A stretch of DNA of 61,825 nucleotides, the filler included, from Sluysia triapertura (taxonomy: Eukaryota), in NCBI GenBank assembly GCA_046118255.1. It is 5 parts of 5 records of this genome, joined end to end, with 100 filler letters (N's around TTAATTAATTAA, not from the genome) between each part and the next. Parts side by side here need not be neighbours in the genome. Positions count along the whole stretch, not along the records: positions 26,057 to 37,069 come from JBJNIA010190175.1; positions 37,170 to 48,138 come from JBJNIA010190753.1; 3 more parts are not named here. One strand, 5' to 3'. The notes beneath the pieces are model-generated. The model saw only the letters and a program-made list of their open reading frames with translations, ran no database searches and was not told the DNA's origin. The translations under genes and the position numbers were made by a program. Below are positions 28,681 through 42,365 of the stretch, in pieces (the first letter of the stretch is position 1; each line of letters opens with the position of its first letter).

Positions 28681-31089
28681 GATTTTATTTTTTACTAATT
28701 CCTTGCAAATATCAAAAAGTAATCCTTTTATAAAGACATATAATAAAATATTACGTTTTATTTTGTTGCGTATTCCATTTGTAATAATCTTGTATTTGAT
28801 TCGTCAAAAAGTTTTAAATTAAGTGTTCCAAATCCCATTTTTAATACGTTAAAATAAACATTATATTTTTTATATATTATTTTTGGAGCATAAGTAGCGA
28901 ATAAATCGCCATCAAGTAGCATCGGCAAGTCATTCTTAAAATTTTGAATTTTGATTAAATTTTCCAATTTGATTAAACATTCGTAAACATTATGATCATT
29001 AAATTTAAATTATTTCGATAATTAATTTGTATTCTGAAATGATGCCCTGGTGTGCTGAAAGTTTGTCCTTTAATACGTAAGAAAGTTACAAATATATAAC
29101 GAATTTATTTAAAATCACAATTTATTTGCATTTATAAATATATTCAAAGTCAATTGCTGCTATAACCATAATTATAAAATTTCAAAATATAAAATTAATG
29201 CTATCTGATTAAATATTTCAGATATTTCATATTTCAAATTATACCCAAGTCTAAATTATTCAAATAATTTTTTCTACTACTACTACTAAAAATAATTTAT
29301 TGCAAAACAATCAATTTTATTTTCGTTACTGTCACTACGCAACTGACTTACGTAACTAAACTTTGTATAAATGAAGACGTAACTTTGTCAGCTTCAGCAA
29401 CTTCATATTACATAATCCTTAGTAAATAAGAAAGCTCTGTGATATTACCCGTATTATGTTGTAATAAAGCGCGAAATATTAAAGCCATTATAATACTTTG
29501 GAACAAATGTGCCACAGTGTTCGTTTTAAACTAAAAGTTGGTATTGAAAAAAGGCTATTTGTGTAGTATCGAATGGAACATCCAGATAATCTTTAGTAAC
29601 AAAACTAACCAAAATATATTTTCATCTTCAGATTATTTTATATCAAAAATTTAAAAGGTGATTCTTGTAATTTTCAAAATAATGCATTTAGGAAATTAAA
29701 CTCTAAAATGATTTGCAAACATTGCAATTAAATATCATAAACTTCAGTCTGGACGAATGTAATGAATAAGAATACGCCATATAAATAAAATGTAAAATAC
29801 ATTTTGAATACAATTAAATAGTTTTATAGAAGTGAAAAAAATTATTTTAACTAAGCACTATTTAATCTTTGATTTATTAAATAATTTTGAAATTCAATTA
29901 ATTATTAAAGCAATTTTACAAAAATGACTAGACTTATTATACCTTTGCACATGTAATAATTTGAAATCTTTAGTAACTTGAATTATAAAATGTAAATTCT
30001 GACGTAAAATTATTTGCTTACTTGTTAACCACATCCGTATTTTGAATAATTACGCTCTTATTTGTAGCATTTGTAGATATAAAAGTTCGAATATTTCTAA
30101 AGTCAATATACAATTCCTAATATTAATACTTTAAAGAAATATTAATTTTCTGTTCATTAAATTCGTTCAAGTCAATATCAAATTTCTGTAAAGCAGATTC
30201 AAAGTTCAATAACCAAAAGTTATCAATTTGGCTCATTATTTAAAAAATAACATTACTAAATAATATTATGTCAGAAAGTTATAAATTTAATAATCAGATT
30301 AAAAAACAGAAAATTCTTTATGTAAATAAATCACGTATCAGTAAAATACTTTTACATTATGGTTTTAGCTTAATATTTTAGAGTATTATATTGAAACTAT
30401 AGTAAAACGAAATTTAAAAATATACAATTAAATTTAAAATACCATTTAAATTTAAAAAGGAGATCTCATTTTACATCTAGATTGTAAAAATAATATATAA
30501 ATTATTATATAAAATAAGTTAGCTCATTATATAAAATATTTAAAAAAATTCACAGTCGGATAATAAAAATAATAATAATCATAATCATAATATATTAATT
30601 TATATTGCGCTAATATCTACTACAAAATAAGTAGTCAAAAGCGCTTAAAATAAATCATTCACTATAATATTTCTGAAAAAGAAAGAACTCTGCATTTTTC
30701 TTTAGTATTTCATAATCTTCCAGTAATTTCACATTCTTGGTAGCTGGATGTATATTTTTGAATATTATTCTGTATAAATTATTGTCTCAATGAAATATTC
30801 ATCTTAGTTTCCAATTTTTTATTATTTCTAATAGATATTCAGGACTTCCGTAATGTAAGCATTTGTAAATTATTGTCATAATTATGAATTCTACTCTTAC
30901 TTTTATTGGCGATCGTCTTCTAACTTGGTGAATTAACCTTGCTGCTTGATTTATCATTAATTGTAATTTTTTCACTTTTCTATGTGGGGATTGTCTAGTT
31001 AGTGTATAATAAATATGTTAAAAGGTAAGAGAATTTAAAATGTATAAGAAAAAGTGATATAAGATATATGAAATATAATAATATAAACA

Positions 31090-31350
31090 TAATTAAATAT
31101 TTCCAGAGCAAGAGTAATGAACAGTAAAATGTTTATAATCATTTTGAAACCTAATAATACCTTGGTGTTCCAAAGACCTTTGTAGGGTTTTGAGACCCTT
31201 GTGAAGACTTAAGTAAAGTTTGGAACGATGTCTTGAGTTATGAAGATACCTTTGAACTTCTAAACCTTGGGATCATTTGAGACCTTGTTGATCTTTTGGA
31301 ATCTTTGAAGACATTTGAGAGCTTAATAAATTTTTGAGACCTTCGAATAA
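31090..31350 (+). repeat. Dispersed repeat family, related copies at about 32500-32660 and inverted at about 12650-12800
   Basis: Shared core TTCCAAAGAC(C/T)T.T.TA.GGT.T.GA.A with GAGACCTT-like subrepeats. Confidence 0.6.
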
Positions 31351-32757
31351 TCTTGCAAAACAATATTAAAGATAGACTGATACATTAATAATTAAAATAA
31401 AAATGTAGAAAAAGAATCAGAGTAGTGAAGGTGAAAAAATTCTGAGTATCTTATAAAGTATTTAACAACTTTATAACCATAATAAAACCTTTAAACTTAG
31501 AATACAATAAGTTAAAATAATTAATTAATTAAAATCTTAACTTAATTAACTTAAAAGTTCCCTTTGTGTGAATAACTTTTGAATGAGGAGTGATATGTTA
31601 AAATTGTAAGTGTACATGTATGTGCAGAATTTATTTTTGTTAATTATACTATATTTAAAGTTAATTTTTATTTTTGCTTTTTATATATCTTAGGTGAGCT
31701 CTCTATGATACTCGACTTACTCACTAAAGGGTCAGCACATAGATTTGCAGCATCAAAAGAAAAGAAAATTGGAGGTCAATAATATGTCACTTTATCAAAT
31801 CTTTATGTGAAATATTTGGTTTACGATTAAATTTGACCTATCGACTTAAATTATCAATATTTAATAAACTTCCTTTTATATGATTCGAAAAATTTTACTA
31901 ATATTCAATTCTTCTCAAAACTATTAATAAAAAACAAATAACCACGATAAATTTCTTTATTGTAATGAATAAAATAAAATTATATAACAGTTATACAAAA
32001 TTATTATATAAAGTATGATTATCAAAGAACTTAATAATAAAATATCACTGCGTAATGTTTATGATAGTTGTTATATCAAAAATTTCTTTTTTACAAGCAG
32101 TATTTTTGATACTCTACTAAAAAAAGTTTTTTTAATAAATAATAAGGATTTAGAATCTTAATAATATTAATCTGATAATTAATATTGCGTTTTTCTTTAA
32201 AAATTTTACAAAATATTTTTATAGTATTTAAATTTTACACAAACTTTTATTAAATTTACGTAAATTTTATTATAAACTTTAAAAACTGACTTATAAAATA
32301 TCAAACTAACGATTTATACAAAATTCCAATTAGCAATAAATATTGATGCTCTGTTGGAATTCATAAGTATGTGTCAGGAAATGAGGGAGAAACTTACAGA
32401 GTTATAAAATGAAGAGAGAACTGGTACAAATTGATGGATTGCATATTGTGAACACTGTCTAAATTAAAATCATGAAAATAAAAACATCTATAGTAATTTT
32501 AAGAGTTCAAGAATATCTTGACATTCCAAAGACCTATATAAGGTGTCGAGACTTAGTGGAGGCTTGAAGAGGACCGAAAAACCTTTGATTTTGTTAATTT
32601 TGAGATCATATAACACTCTATTAACCTTTAAGTATTCTGGAAACCTTGATAAGCATCTAATATCTTTGATTAATATTATAGTGTATAAAATCTTTAAAAT
32701 ATTTGAGAAATAAAATCATTGTTCAAGATAATTAAGATAAGTTTAACATAGTAATAA

Positions 32758-33230
32758 TTAACATGAAGAAGTAGAAAAATGAATCAGAGAGGTGATAACA
32801 TCTTTTAGGATGTTATCTGTTTTAGGTAATGAATCTAAAGAATTATTATTTTTATTTGAAAATAAAAACTTTAAAATCCCTAATTTTATTTCTTTGTTTA
32901 TATATATTATCGGTTTGAACCTACAATAGTTATGAGATGATACATTAATTTGACTTATTGAATTGCAAATTCTAACTCTTATTATCAGGTTCCTGAGGGC
33001 AACATAAATTATCAAATCTTTTCTTGTTTCGAAACACCCAAAATTTTTGTCTTTATATAAACATTTATTAATTAAAGATTTATTGAGCACACAGAAACTA
33101 ATATTTATTAACGTGTTGTAAATTTTAAAAAGATCGTTAATTAATTTTAGAATTACATAAACCTTTATATTATTTATCAAAGTCCTTCGCACTGCATCTA
33201 TGGGTTTCGCGTTGGACCTATGGCTGGAAC
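32758..33230 (-). mobile_element. Possible LINE reverse-transcriptase C-terminal remnant
   Basis: RKDLIIYV (cf. KDLG(V/I)) followed by INKEIKLGILK. Confidence 0.3.
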
Positions 33231-33600
33231 ATAATTCTAAAGAATTTACCCAGTTAAAATAACAGTAAAAATAAATAAAATAAAATTTACTGGAAATATT
33301 TTCTTAAGGTTAAAGTCTTCGTCTCCATCTTCATCTTCAGCTGGGACAAAACCGCAATTCCATTTTGTTTATTTTTAGTTTTGTATTGGTTTCCCCGAAA
33401 ATGTATACGGAAATGACGATGAACTTGTGTCTTTTGGAAGTTTAGAAAATTTTGGAAAATTATGACATCTCTTTGACTGAATGGATGTTGTTGTTGATTA
33501 ACTTTATTAGGTGGTCGTAATATTCCGCTCAATACACAATATCGTCTTTTAGAATCAAGTATAAAGCGCACTTTGCCACATTACTAGTCTGTTTATCCGT

Positions 33601-34220
33601 TTATACATATGTTCGTTTAGCTCTATATACATCTTTAACGAGTTTATCTTTTTTGACATTTGTTCGTTTAACTTTATATACATCTTTAACAGGTTTGTCT
33701 ATTTTTACATTTAATCGTTTAATTCTATATGCATCTTCAACACTTTTATATCTCGCTGTTTGAGCCACGTGACTCATAATATGCTCACTAAGTGGAAATC
33801 GAAAAATATTGTCATGACAATGCTTTATAACTTCGTTCGGAGTATCATCTAGGCTTAAATCACATAGTTTACTAACGAGCATCGGTTGAAAAGTTACTAA
33901 ATCTTCATTTATTTTAATTTTATGATAATCTGGGTTGTAAACATGATTAAGAATGTTTATTAGTTCATGTATTTCTTTAATATAACTTAAGCATTGTGAC
34001 GAGATTTCTTTTTGCTCATAATCTTTAATTGTTACACTTTTAATCCTTTTAAACTCTTGTGAATAACACTCTGCATTTACTACAAGATATCTATTTTCAA
34101 TGATTTTTAATGACAATTTTCGTTTCATTTGAACTTTACGATAGCCGGATTCTGCTTCCAATGCTTTTGAATATTTGTAGAGTGTAGCTACATTAGCACT
34201 ATTAAACATTGTTTCAGCCA
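33601..34220 (-). CDS. Intronless orphan ORF (about 206 aa from MAETMF) ending in three 17-aa tandem repeats; coding-like sequence continues past the stop
   Basis: A long open frame in AT-rich DNA, with repeats VEDAYRIKRLNVKIDKP / VKDVYKVKRTNVKKDKL / VKDVYRAKRTYV*TDKQ. Confidence 0.4.
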
Positions 34221-35805
34221 TAATGTACAAAGTAAAATTCTTTATTAAATCTCTAATTATTACTAATAATTTTATTTTTTAGATTCGTATTCATAATATT
34301 GTGTTATTATTGGTCATCCAATCAGGCTTTTCATAAAGATAAATGAGAATAATAAGTCCTGATTGGATTATATGTAATATTTGGTTATAAAATTATTAAT
34401 ACTGATGACTGACCATCATCAATGTTGGCACATCAATAAGAATTGTGATACATAGTGTCAACACTGGTGATGGTAGCGACCAGTTTATTGACAATTAGAA
34501 TTGAAAATTTGGATAAAATAATTTAATGAATTAGTTATATAACTGATAATAATAATAACAATAACAACAATAATATTATTATTATTAATGAAACAAAAAA
34601 TGTAATTTAAGGCATAAACTTTCTTTACAGAACAACATGAACTTTTCTTTCTTCAATCTTTATTTCTTACATATAAAATACAAACTGAAATAAAGATCGC
34701 TGATGTGTGTGAAGAAGCAACGATAACAGAGTACACAATGCTCGAGTTATCGTTGGTGCTTCGTTTTATATTAACTCTTTAGAGTTGCGTTAGATTTACA
34801 TTAAATTCTTGAATGATCTAAGTATGTTGGAATGAATTAAAATGTATTTTGAAATAAACTACTGAGCCATAATTGTTTCGAAAGGATTGTTAAGTATAGC
34901 TAACCTATGAAGATATAATAATTGATTCGAGTCTAGAAACGAAATAAAGAATGTTAGGATAAATTCTTCTAAATTGATTGAAGTTTTTATATTTGAAAAC
35001 AAGTCTTATGTATTGAAATATAATGGATAAGGTTTATTGAGAAGATTGTAATTTGTTGAATTTGAAAGGGCAATTACAATATAACTCTTTGTATATTGAG
35101 GATGTTATTATGTCATGTGTTGTGTGATTATTTTATTTGGTGTTTTTGGTGTTGATGTTCTGTGTTAATGATGATTATGAATTGATTAATAGTGCATTTG
35201 AAATGTTGTACTTGATTCGAAGATGTGAAGTAGGTGCTTTATATGTTTCGAGTAAATTTATTGATGTTGTGAAATAGTATTAAATGTACTTGTGGTTTAT
35301 ATGTTGTAAGTTATGATTGTGATTTGATTTAAACTAATAAACTATTGAGTAAATATAGTTAAATATTCAGTATTGATTATTACAGAGTAGTGTAAAATGA
35401 AGGTTCGAAAGCATTAGATGGATTGTTTCAGATGTGTTTGTTGTTGAATTATTGTAAATGTCGAGTATTGTTTCTGATGACTTGGTTAATGTAATTTGGT
35501 AGTGTTGAATATGATTGTGATTTAGATGTTGCGAAATTTTAATAATTTTTTAGTGATTATGAGTTTTGGCCACCACACAAGTCGAATTCTGATTTCAAGA
35601 TACAATTAATAAATAAATTTAGATTAAGAAGTTGATACTTTAACGTAAGGAATTAATAAACTAAAGTTATTTCGTCAGGCATAATTTCTAATTTACGAAT
35701 TTTGAATCGCAATCAACAAAGGTTAGCAAGTTGACTTATTATTTTTTATTAATTTTTTTATAACACAAACAAACTGATGAGATATTATGATTACTTAATT
35801 ATTGC

Positions 35806-35857
<52 letters not shown>

Positions 35858-35901
35858 GTTATACTTATTACTATAATTATCACACATTATTATTAGTATC
35901 A

Positions 35902-36057
35902 TTAACTCATTACTGCCGTTGACGTACTAATACGTCATTTTTTTGTCCGAAATCAAGTAGCCGCTGACGTAGTAGAACGTTTTTTTGAGAGAATAACTCT
36001 GCTTGTGTTGTCATCAAACAGTCGATTAAGAATTTTTAGCGGCCAGTTATGAGTTAG
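35902..36057. mobile_element. piggyBac-type MITE
   Basis: TTAACTCATTACTGCCG ... CGGCCAGTTATGAGTTAG termini; subterminal repeat GCCG(T/C)TGACGTA..A..ACGT occurs twice. Confidence 0.7.
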
Positions 36058-36102
36058 AAGCTATTAATTTTTATTACGATTAATTATATAAATGGAAATT
36101 AT

Positions 36103-36266
36103 AGGGATATTCATTTTTATTTTAACCTTTATCCATTTTTATATTAACCACTATTCAATTTTATATTAACTAATATTCATTTTTATATTAACATATTAAT
36201 ATAAACATGTCATATAATTACGTAATATAAAAATGAATACGGGCTAATATGAAAATGAATGACCCT
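36103..36266. mobile_element. Foldback-like MITE
   Basis: AGGGATATTCATTTT ... AAAATGAATGACCCT in TA context, with internal ATTCA(A/T)TTTTATATTAAC units in both orientations. Confidence 0.65.
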
Positions 36267-39200
36267 ATAATAATCTTATAGTATATGGTATATGATCATT
36301 TAATTTTGCAAAATAATTCTATTTATATAATTGATTATTTTTTGTCTTTTTTGATGATAATTGCATTAGTTTTATTTCATTAACAGTGTATACAATTGAT
36401 TACAATTACTTTTCACTTTGTATTAATTTCGATTCATTAACAATACTGTTTCCGTTAATGGTTTTTGTAATTCAATTTGTTTTAAAACATACAATTCTCA
36501 ATTCGATTTAATTTCAATATTAGTATGGCTCAATTTATTCCATGCATTCTCATTGTTATTCGAATATTTTGAATAATTGCTGCCAACCGAAGAGGTTTTT
36601 GATATATCGAACAGTGTGATAAATAACTTAAAATTCACAACAAGTTAACTTGCATTTATTGGTTAGCACAAATTTTAAAACATAAGATTAACAATTAAGT
36701 TATTTTACGCTTTAATTCAAATAGGCTTTTATCCTTTTTACTTTAACTTAATTTTTTATCAATTGTAATAAGTTCTGAAAGGGTCTCTCTTGTCAAACAC
36801 AATTTATTCAAGTCTTCAAAAACTCGGTTAACTAAAAGTTATACTCAATAATAAAAGTGTAAAAATACTATGAACAAGTTATTAATTTAATTTTATTTGA
36901 GATATTATATCTGCTTGAGCTTGAAAAATGCTTATCAAATAATAGAACAATGATCCAAATATATAGTATAACAATCAGAAAAGTTTTCAAATAAAGTTAA
37001 CTCCGGCAATTGTATAAAAATTCAATGACTGTATAAAATTGTTTGCTTTTTAACAATCCTGTATATATANNNNNNNNNNNNNNNNNNNNNNNNNNNNNNN
37101 NNNNNNNNNNNNNTTAATTAATTAANNNNNNNNNNNNNNNNNNNNNNNNNNNNNNNNNNNNNNNNNNNNATACTGTAAACGGACTCATAATAATTAATTA
37201 TTTTGCTGTAGGTAAGTTTTTAGGTTAAGAAAAACACCCAGCATATGTAAATATGTTCAATTTTCAGCTTGTTTGACGTTTATTAATTTTGTCTTTCTCG
37301 ATTTGAAAACACTAAATAAATTATTTAGTGTTAGTAAATTTTAAAACTTATTTTATAATTATTGTATATGACTATGTAAATGTCTATTTCGATTTATTTT
37401 TTGATTTTTCTTATCGTTATTAATTTCAGTTGTAACTATTTTCTTTTTTGTACGTATTGAAGTATAATTTTGTGTTCTTCATGAACTATATGATTTGAAT
37501 CACGTTTAACTGTCACTTGTTTAAATATTACATTATAAAGATTTGAACCTTTTATAAGAAAGTTTTTTGTTATGAAAAATCGGCGATATGGCGTTGTATG
37601 AAGAGATGAATCTTATACTTGAGTCTAGCCTACAAAATTTTTTATCGAACAAGTTTGTCACTTTAAAAATGTAATTGTACTTCTTAAGGCTATTTTCAAA
37701 CAGAAAAACCCAGTGAAACTAATTTCGTGGAAAGGCTTTCGAGTCAATTTCGTGATTTTGACGCAGATTATGAACAAAGGTTCAATGAAGGAACTTCATG
37801 TCAGTTTGAGATAAAAGCTAGCTATTGAATTGTAGTCAATGGGAAGTGAAGATGAAAATAATGTGCTTGTACTAAGTTATGATGAATGTTTAAATTTGAA
37901 GTTGCCTTGTCAGATGTTTTTAGATGGAGTACACAATTACACTTTATGTTTTGCATTTTGATATTTATGTTTTGAACTTATTTCATAAAGAAAATCCATA
38001 TGAAAAGATGATATACCATGTGCTTTTAATTACAAATTTCAAAAGGTAATTAAAATGAGAGAACATTGTAATCGTTATGAAAGCAAGTCAATTGATGCTT
38101 TTTTTCTTTCGTCTCTGTTTTTATAATATTGAATTTCGAATTTTAAGGAAATTGTTATGATCATAAAGAGACTAGTGACTATGATGAAGATGATTTTTTT
38201 GATGATAATTTTGATGATGATGAAAGTAATGGTGATGTTCGTGTTGATCATCGTAGTAGTATCATGAAAGTTTTTACAAATATGATTATGTTGATGATAT
38301 AAAAATTAAGTACACTCACAATCGTAGAGTAAATAGTAAAGAAACTTTACGTATGTGTTTTATCTATAAAACGAAGAATATAGCTTCTAAAATGTGCCAA
38401 AAGTGTGAAAACATTAAATGCAGACTTTGTGAAACTCCTAATGAGTTAAGAATAATGAGATATGAGTTTAGGTTTGAAAATGATAGTGAACCTTTATTTA
38501 TCTAATAATTATACTTTCAAAATTCAAAATGTTTTTGGATATGAGCACGAAGCGACCGACGAAGTCTACGATTCGTGCACACGAAATACTACTCGTACAA
38601 CAAAGTATATACAGGCTGAATCGAATGTTCGCAGAAGCCTTTATTCTTGTTACATCGCTTCCTTCATACAGTGTGTTCTTCCAAGTTACAATCTTGTAAG
38701 TTGTTCATTTATACATTTTATTGTTTTTCAAAGGTCAATCCGTGTAGTATGTGTTCCAAATAAAAGAATTGTTTTTTATCTTTTTGTTTTTAAAGAAAAA
38801 CGTATAATTTATTATAATTTTAACATTAACTTTAATAAATAATTAATTCTTTCTTTAAATTTATATATCATATATTTTAATAAAAAACTTCACCCATTTT
38901 CTTTAATGCCAAGCTCCATATTTTAATCTAAATAATGTTTGCCCCGATATTCTAGGTCTTTTCCATCATGAAAGTTTTAGTTTAATATTAGTTGAAGGTA
39001 AAGAAGTATTTGATGCCCAATTAGATGGTAATGACGATGTTGTGACGTAATTAACTATGAAGAATTTGAATGAGTTATTTTTATATTTTCAGTAATTTTA
39101 TTTGCTGAATTTAAAAACTTCATTTAAAGATTGAATACAAATTAGAATTTATGTGCCTAGAATTGTATTTTAATATATTATAGTACTATGCATGCAGTAA

Positions 39201-40947
39201 ACTTAAAAGGGACAGAAAAGTTTGTTATATAAGCTGTAGTAAGTTCATTAATTAAAAATGATAAGTACTAAATGCTACAGTCACTTTCCATTCAATGTTT
39301 CAAAGGTCACATTAGCACACAATTACGTAAATGTGGTCCTTTTTCATTATGATGATAAATAAAATAATTATTCAAATAATAATATAATAACAATATACTA
39401 AATTTTAATAATAAACTTAATAATAATTTAATTATAAATATAATAAGGTATACATTATTTGACTGTGGATTAATATAACAAAAATTCATATTGAGTTTGA
39501 GTTATTGATTTAAATCAGTGGAAAATTTAACAGAATTTCAAAAATACTATACAATCACGAAAGTTTGTCAAAAGATACTTTAGCTTAAAGATTATGAATC
39601 ATTTAATTACTACAAAATTTCTGCAAAACTTAACAAATCTAATAGGATGATATTGTTCGACATTGATCAAAATGCATGAAAACTCGATTTAATACAAATT
39701 TATATTTTGCCAATTATGAATACAAATTATTTATAATAATAGTTTTTAAATTTAGTAATTTTATAATATTAATATATTAAATTTTTGTTTTTCGTAAAAT
39801 AACCTACGTGTAGCAGGTCAACGTTTAAAGTAATTTATTTTTGTAATTTCTTTAAAACTGTATTTATTACTATTTTTCTTTTAATAAATAAGAAAGACGA
39901 AAGGTGACACTAAATCTAAATATGACTGTATTCATAATGTGGGCCATAAGAATTTACTAATACTACCAACAACTTTGATCGCGTTTTGCTCCGTCAAAGT
40001 TTTTATCAACGTATTAAATTGGTTTTCATGTATAAATGCCGTGCTAAAAGAAAATGTTAAGGACAGGTTTGTACATAACACCATTAATAACACTAAATGC
40101 TACTGTAAATTAACGAAATAAGTAATTTATAACATTCAATTTATAAATATTAGATTAAACAACGAGCTTAAATTATGCCATTCGTCATAACATTTTTGCA
40201 ATTCATAAAGATTATGGCTGATTATAGACTTAACATTTAGCATTCTGTAGATATTGTAATAAATTAAATATACTTATTTTAGTTTCTTCATTTTTATTAT
40301 TATATATTATGAATTTTACATTATCGAAAAAGTCTAAGATTGAAAAAAGAAGCTATTGTTGAATAAATATTTTAGTAAGTTCTTTATTTTAAAATAAAAT
40401 TTGAAGAATCATTTTTGTTTCTGTCTTATATGTCTTAAATTTAGTATAACAATAACAATAACAATAACAATCAATTATGTTAGTTTATTTAAAAAAGTAA
40501 GCAATATCCTTATCTATAATGATCTTCATGTGTATCATCAAACTTCATGACTTGATGAATCTGATAAAACTATTAAAATAAGTAAATTTTCGCAAATTAA
40601 AGAAAATTAAAATCCAAATGTACTATCGATAATATTTAAAAAGATACAGATAAAACTACAATAAGACATAATTTCACTATCTTCATAATACAATATATAA
40701 ATTTAAAGTATAAACTATTATTTTGATTATTTTAATAATTATATTATTGATAAAGGTCTTTTTTTAATTCAGTTTGTTTGAATTAATAAATGTTATTCCT
40801 AATAAATGGCTTATTTTTAATTTTATTACATTAAAGAGTCTTAGGTATTGTTATAATACCAACTCAAGTAAATTAGAAGAGTTTAGTTAAATTTTAGTTT
40901 CACTTAAAGATAGTTTAAAAATTCTTGATTGCATTTTTTTACCTATA

Positions 40948-41040
40948 ATGGCGAAAAGAAAAGAACTGACTGAAGTGGCACGTGAAAGGATTCTTGTTAT
41001 TAGTAAGGAAAGATATTCGCAAGTCAAAATTACTAAAAAT
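40948..41040 (+). mobile_element. Tc1-like transposase N-terminal HTH remnant
   Basis: MAKRKELTEVARERILVISKERYSQVKITK. Confidence 0.55.
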
Positions 41041-42164
41041 AGTGTTTTCTTATGTTTTTTTAAATTTCTAATCTACTACAAACTTTTTGCCGATACTCCA
41101 TAGGCTATGATAACATTAGTTTTTTTAGCACTCGATGATCCAAGTAAATTAAGTATTTCTAAAGAAAAATTGAACATCTGTATCGAATCAGGTATTACTT
41201 GTTTATTAAAATAGTTTTTAGAATTTGTTATTTCCGTTTCAAAATTTGCAACCATTATTAATCTATCAGATAGTTTTTACAATAATTCTTCAGAGGAATT
41301 AATTGGCTAATTAATTAATATTCATGAATTTTACTAACTCATTACATTACTTTAGCGATTATGAATGTAATAAATTGAAAAATGAAAATTGTTAGTCTCG
41401 TCTTTGCATAAAAATAATTTAAAATTTTCAAGTCACTAAAATTTATTCATCCATAAAAATACTCATTACTAGAAGCAGTATTAAATGATTTTAAAATTAC
41501 AGCATATTTTTCAATAATATGTTCAATGCAATAATTTAATGCTATTTGAAAATGACCAGTTTTGTTAGTTTGAAGTCAATTTCAATGTTATTCTAACAAT
41601 TAACAATGAATTACAACATTATATGTTACACGTCTAATTTTAATATTTCACTTTAGCACAAATTTTCCCATTCTTTAAAATTTAAAGGTTTATTTACGAT
41701 TAAACCTATCGATTGTATTACTTTTGTTAGTTTAACGTAGTGTTGAGTAATTTCATATGTAGTAATTTTGGACAAAGTATTTTTAAAGCACTTTTTATTC
41801 CTATTTTTTCATCATTTTAAGATTAATTTTACTGGGATTCATTTAGGCATAGTTTTTCTTTTAAATATAAATTTTGGAATAAAATATTATTAAAAGAATA
41901 TTTATCAGATCCATTAGTTCTTAATTCAACATTAGTAGGTAATATTAATATTAATTTAATACTTTCTCCGTCCAGAAATAAGTATCTGAATTCGGTTGTT
42001 TTCAAAAATTAAGACAAAGCAGCTTTGCTTTTGAAAGCACTTTATTGGTGAAGATTTGGCATCAACAATCGACTTATGAAACTATAGGCGAATTGATCTG
42101 TTGGGATATAGTCCTAAAGTGCCATTAGGTATAATGGACTATAATAATCTAAAATTGTTAGACA

Positions 42165-42236
42165 AGGCTGATAGATCAGTGGTAGAGCATCGGACTGCGC
42201 AGCTAGAGGTTCCGAGTTCGATCCCCGGTCAGTCCA
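42165..42236 (+). tRNA. tRNA pseudogene or tRNA-derived SINE head (Cys-like body, apparent anticodon GCG)
   Basis: 72 nt with A box TAGATCAGTGG, B box GTTCGATCC, acceptor GGCTGA/TCAGTC and a following TTTT. The D-stem and anticodon stem have mismatches. Confidence 0.65.
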
Positions 42237-42365
42237 TTTTATTGAAAATGCTTTTTCATGGTAGAAAATGTAAAAGTAATTGGAAATAATAACTACAAAG
42301 TGCATCATACAAAGATTTAATAAGCTTCCACTTTTCGTAAAATTTGATTTTCGGCTTTATAAACG

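Larger units (their letters stand above)
26430..30235 (-). pseudogene. Probable multi-exon gene or pseudogene for an alpha-helical (ARM/HEAT-like) protein
   Basis: ATG near 30235 (MSQIDNFWLLNFESALQKFDID...) is followed by very short GT..AG introns. A long open exon at about 27420-27080 (FIDELLSTINSLATFTSFRNQLIDYRFIRLLL...KNSILLLRTL) ends at gttagt. Middle exons contain in-frame stops. Confidence 0.4.

Noticed and set aside
26430-30235. In-frame TAA/TGA in exon-like segments suggesting an alternative genetic code
   Set aside because: PGM3 and SMC1 exons translate cleanly with the standard code and both PGM3 copies end in TAA; pseudogenisation is simpler.
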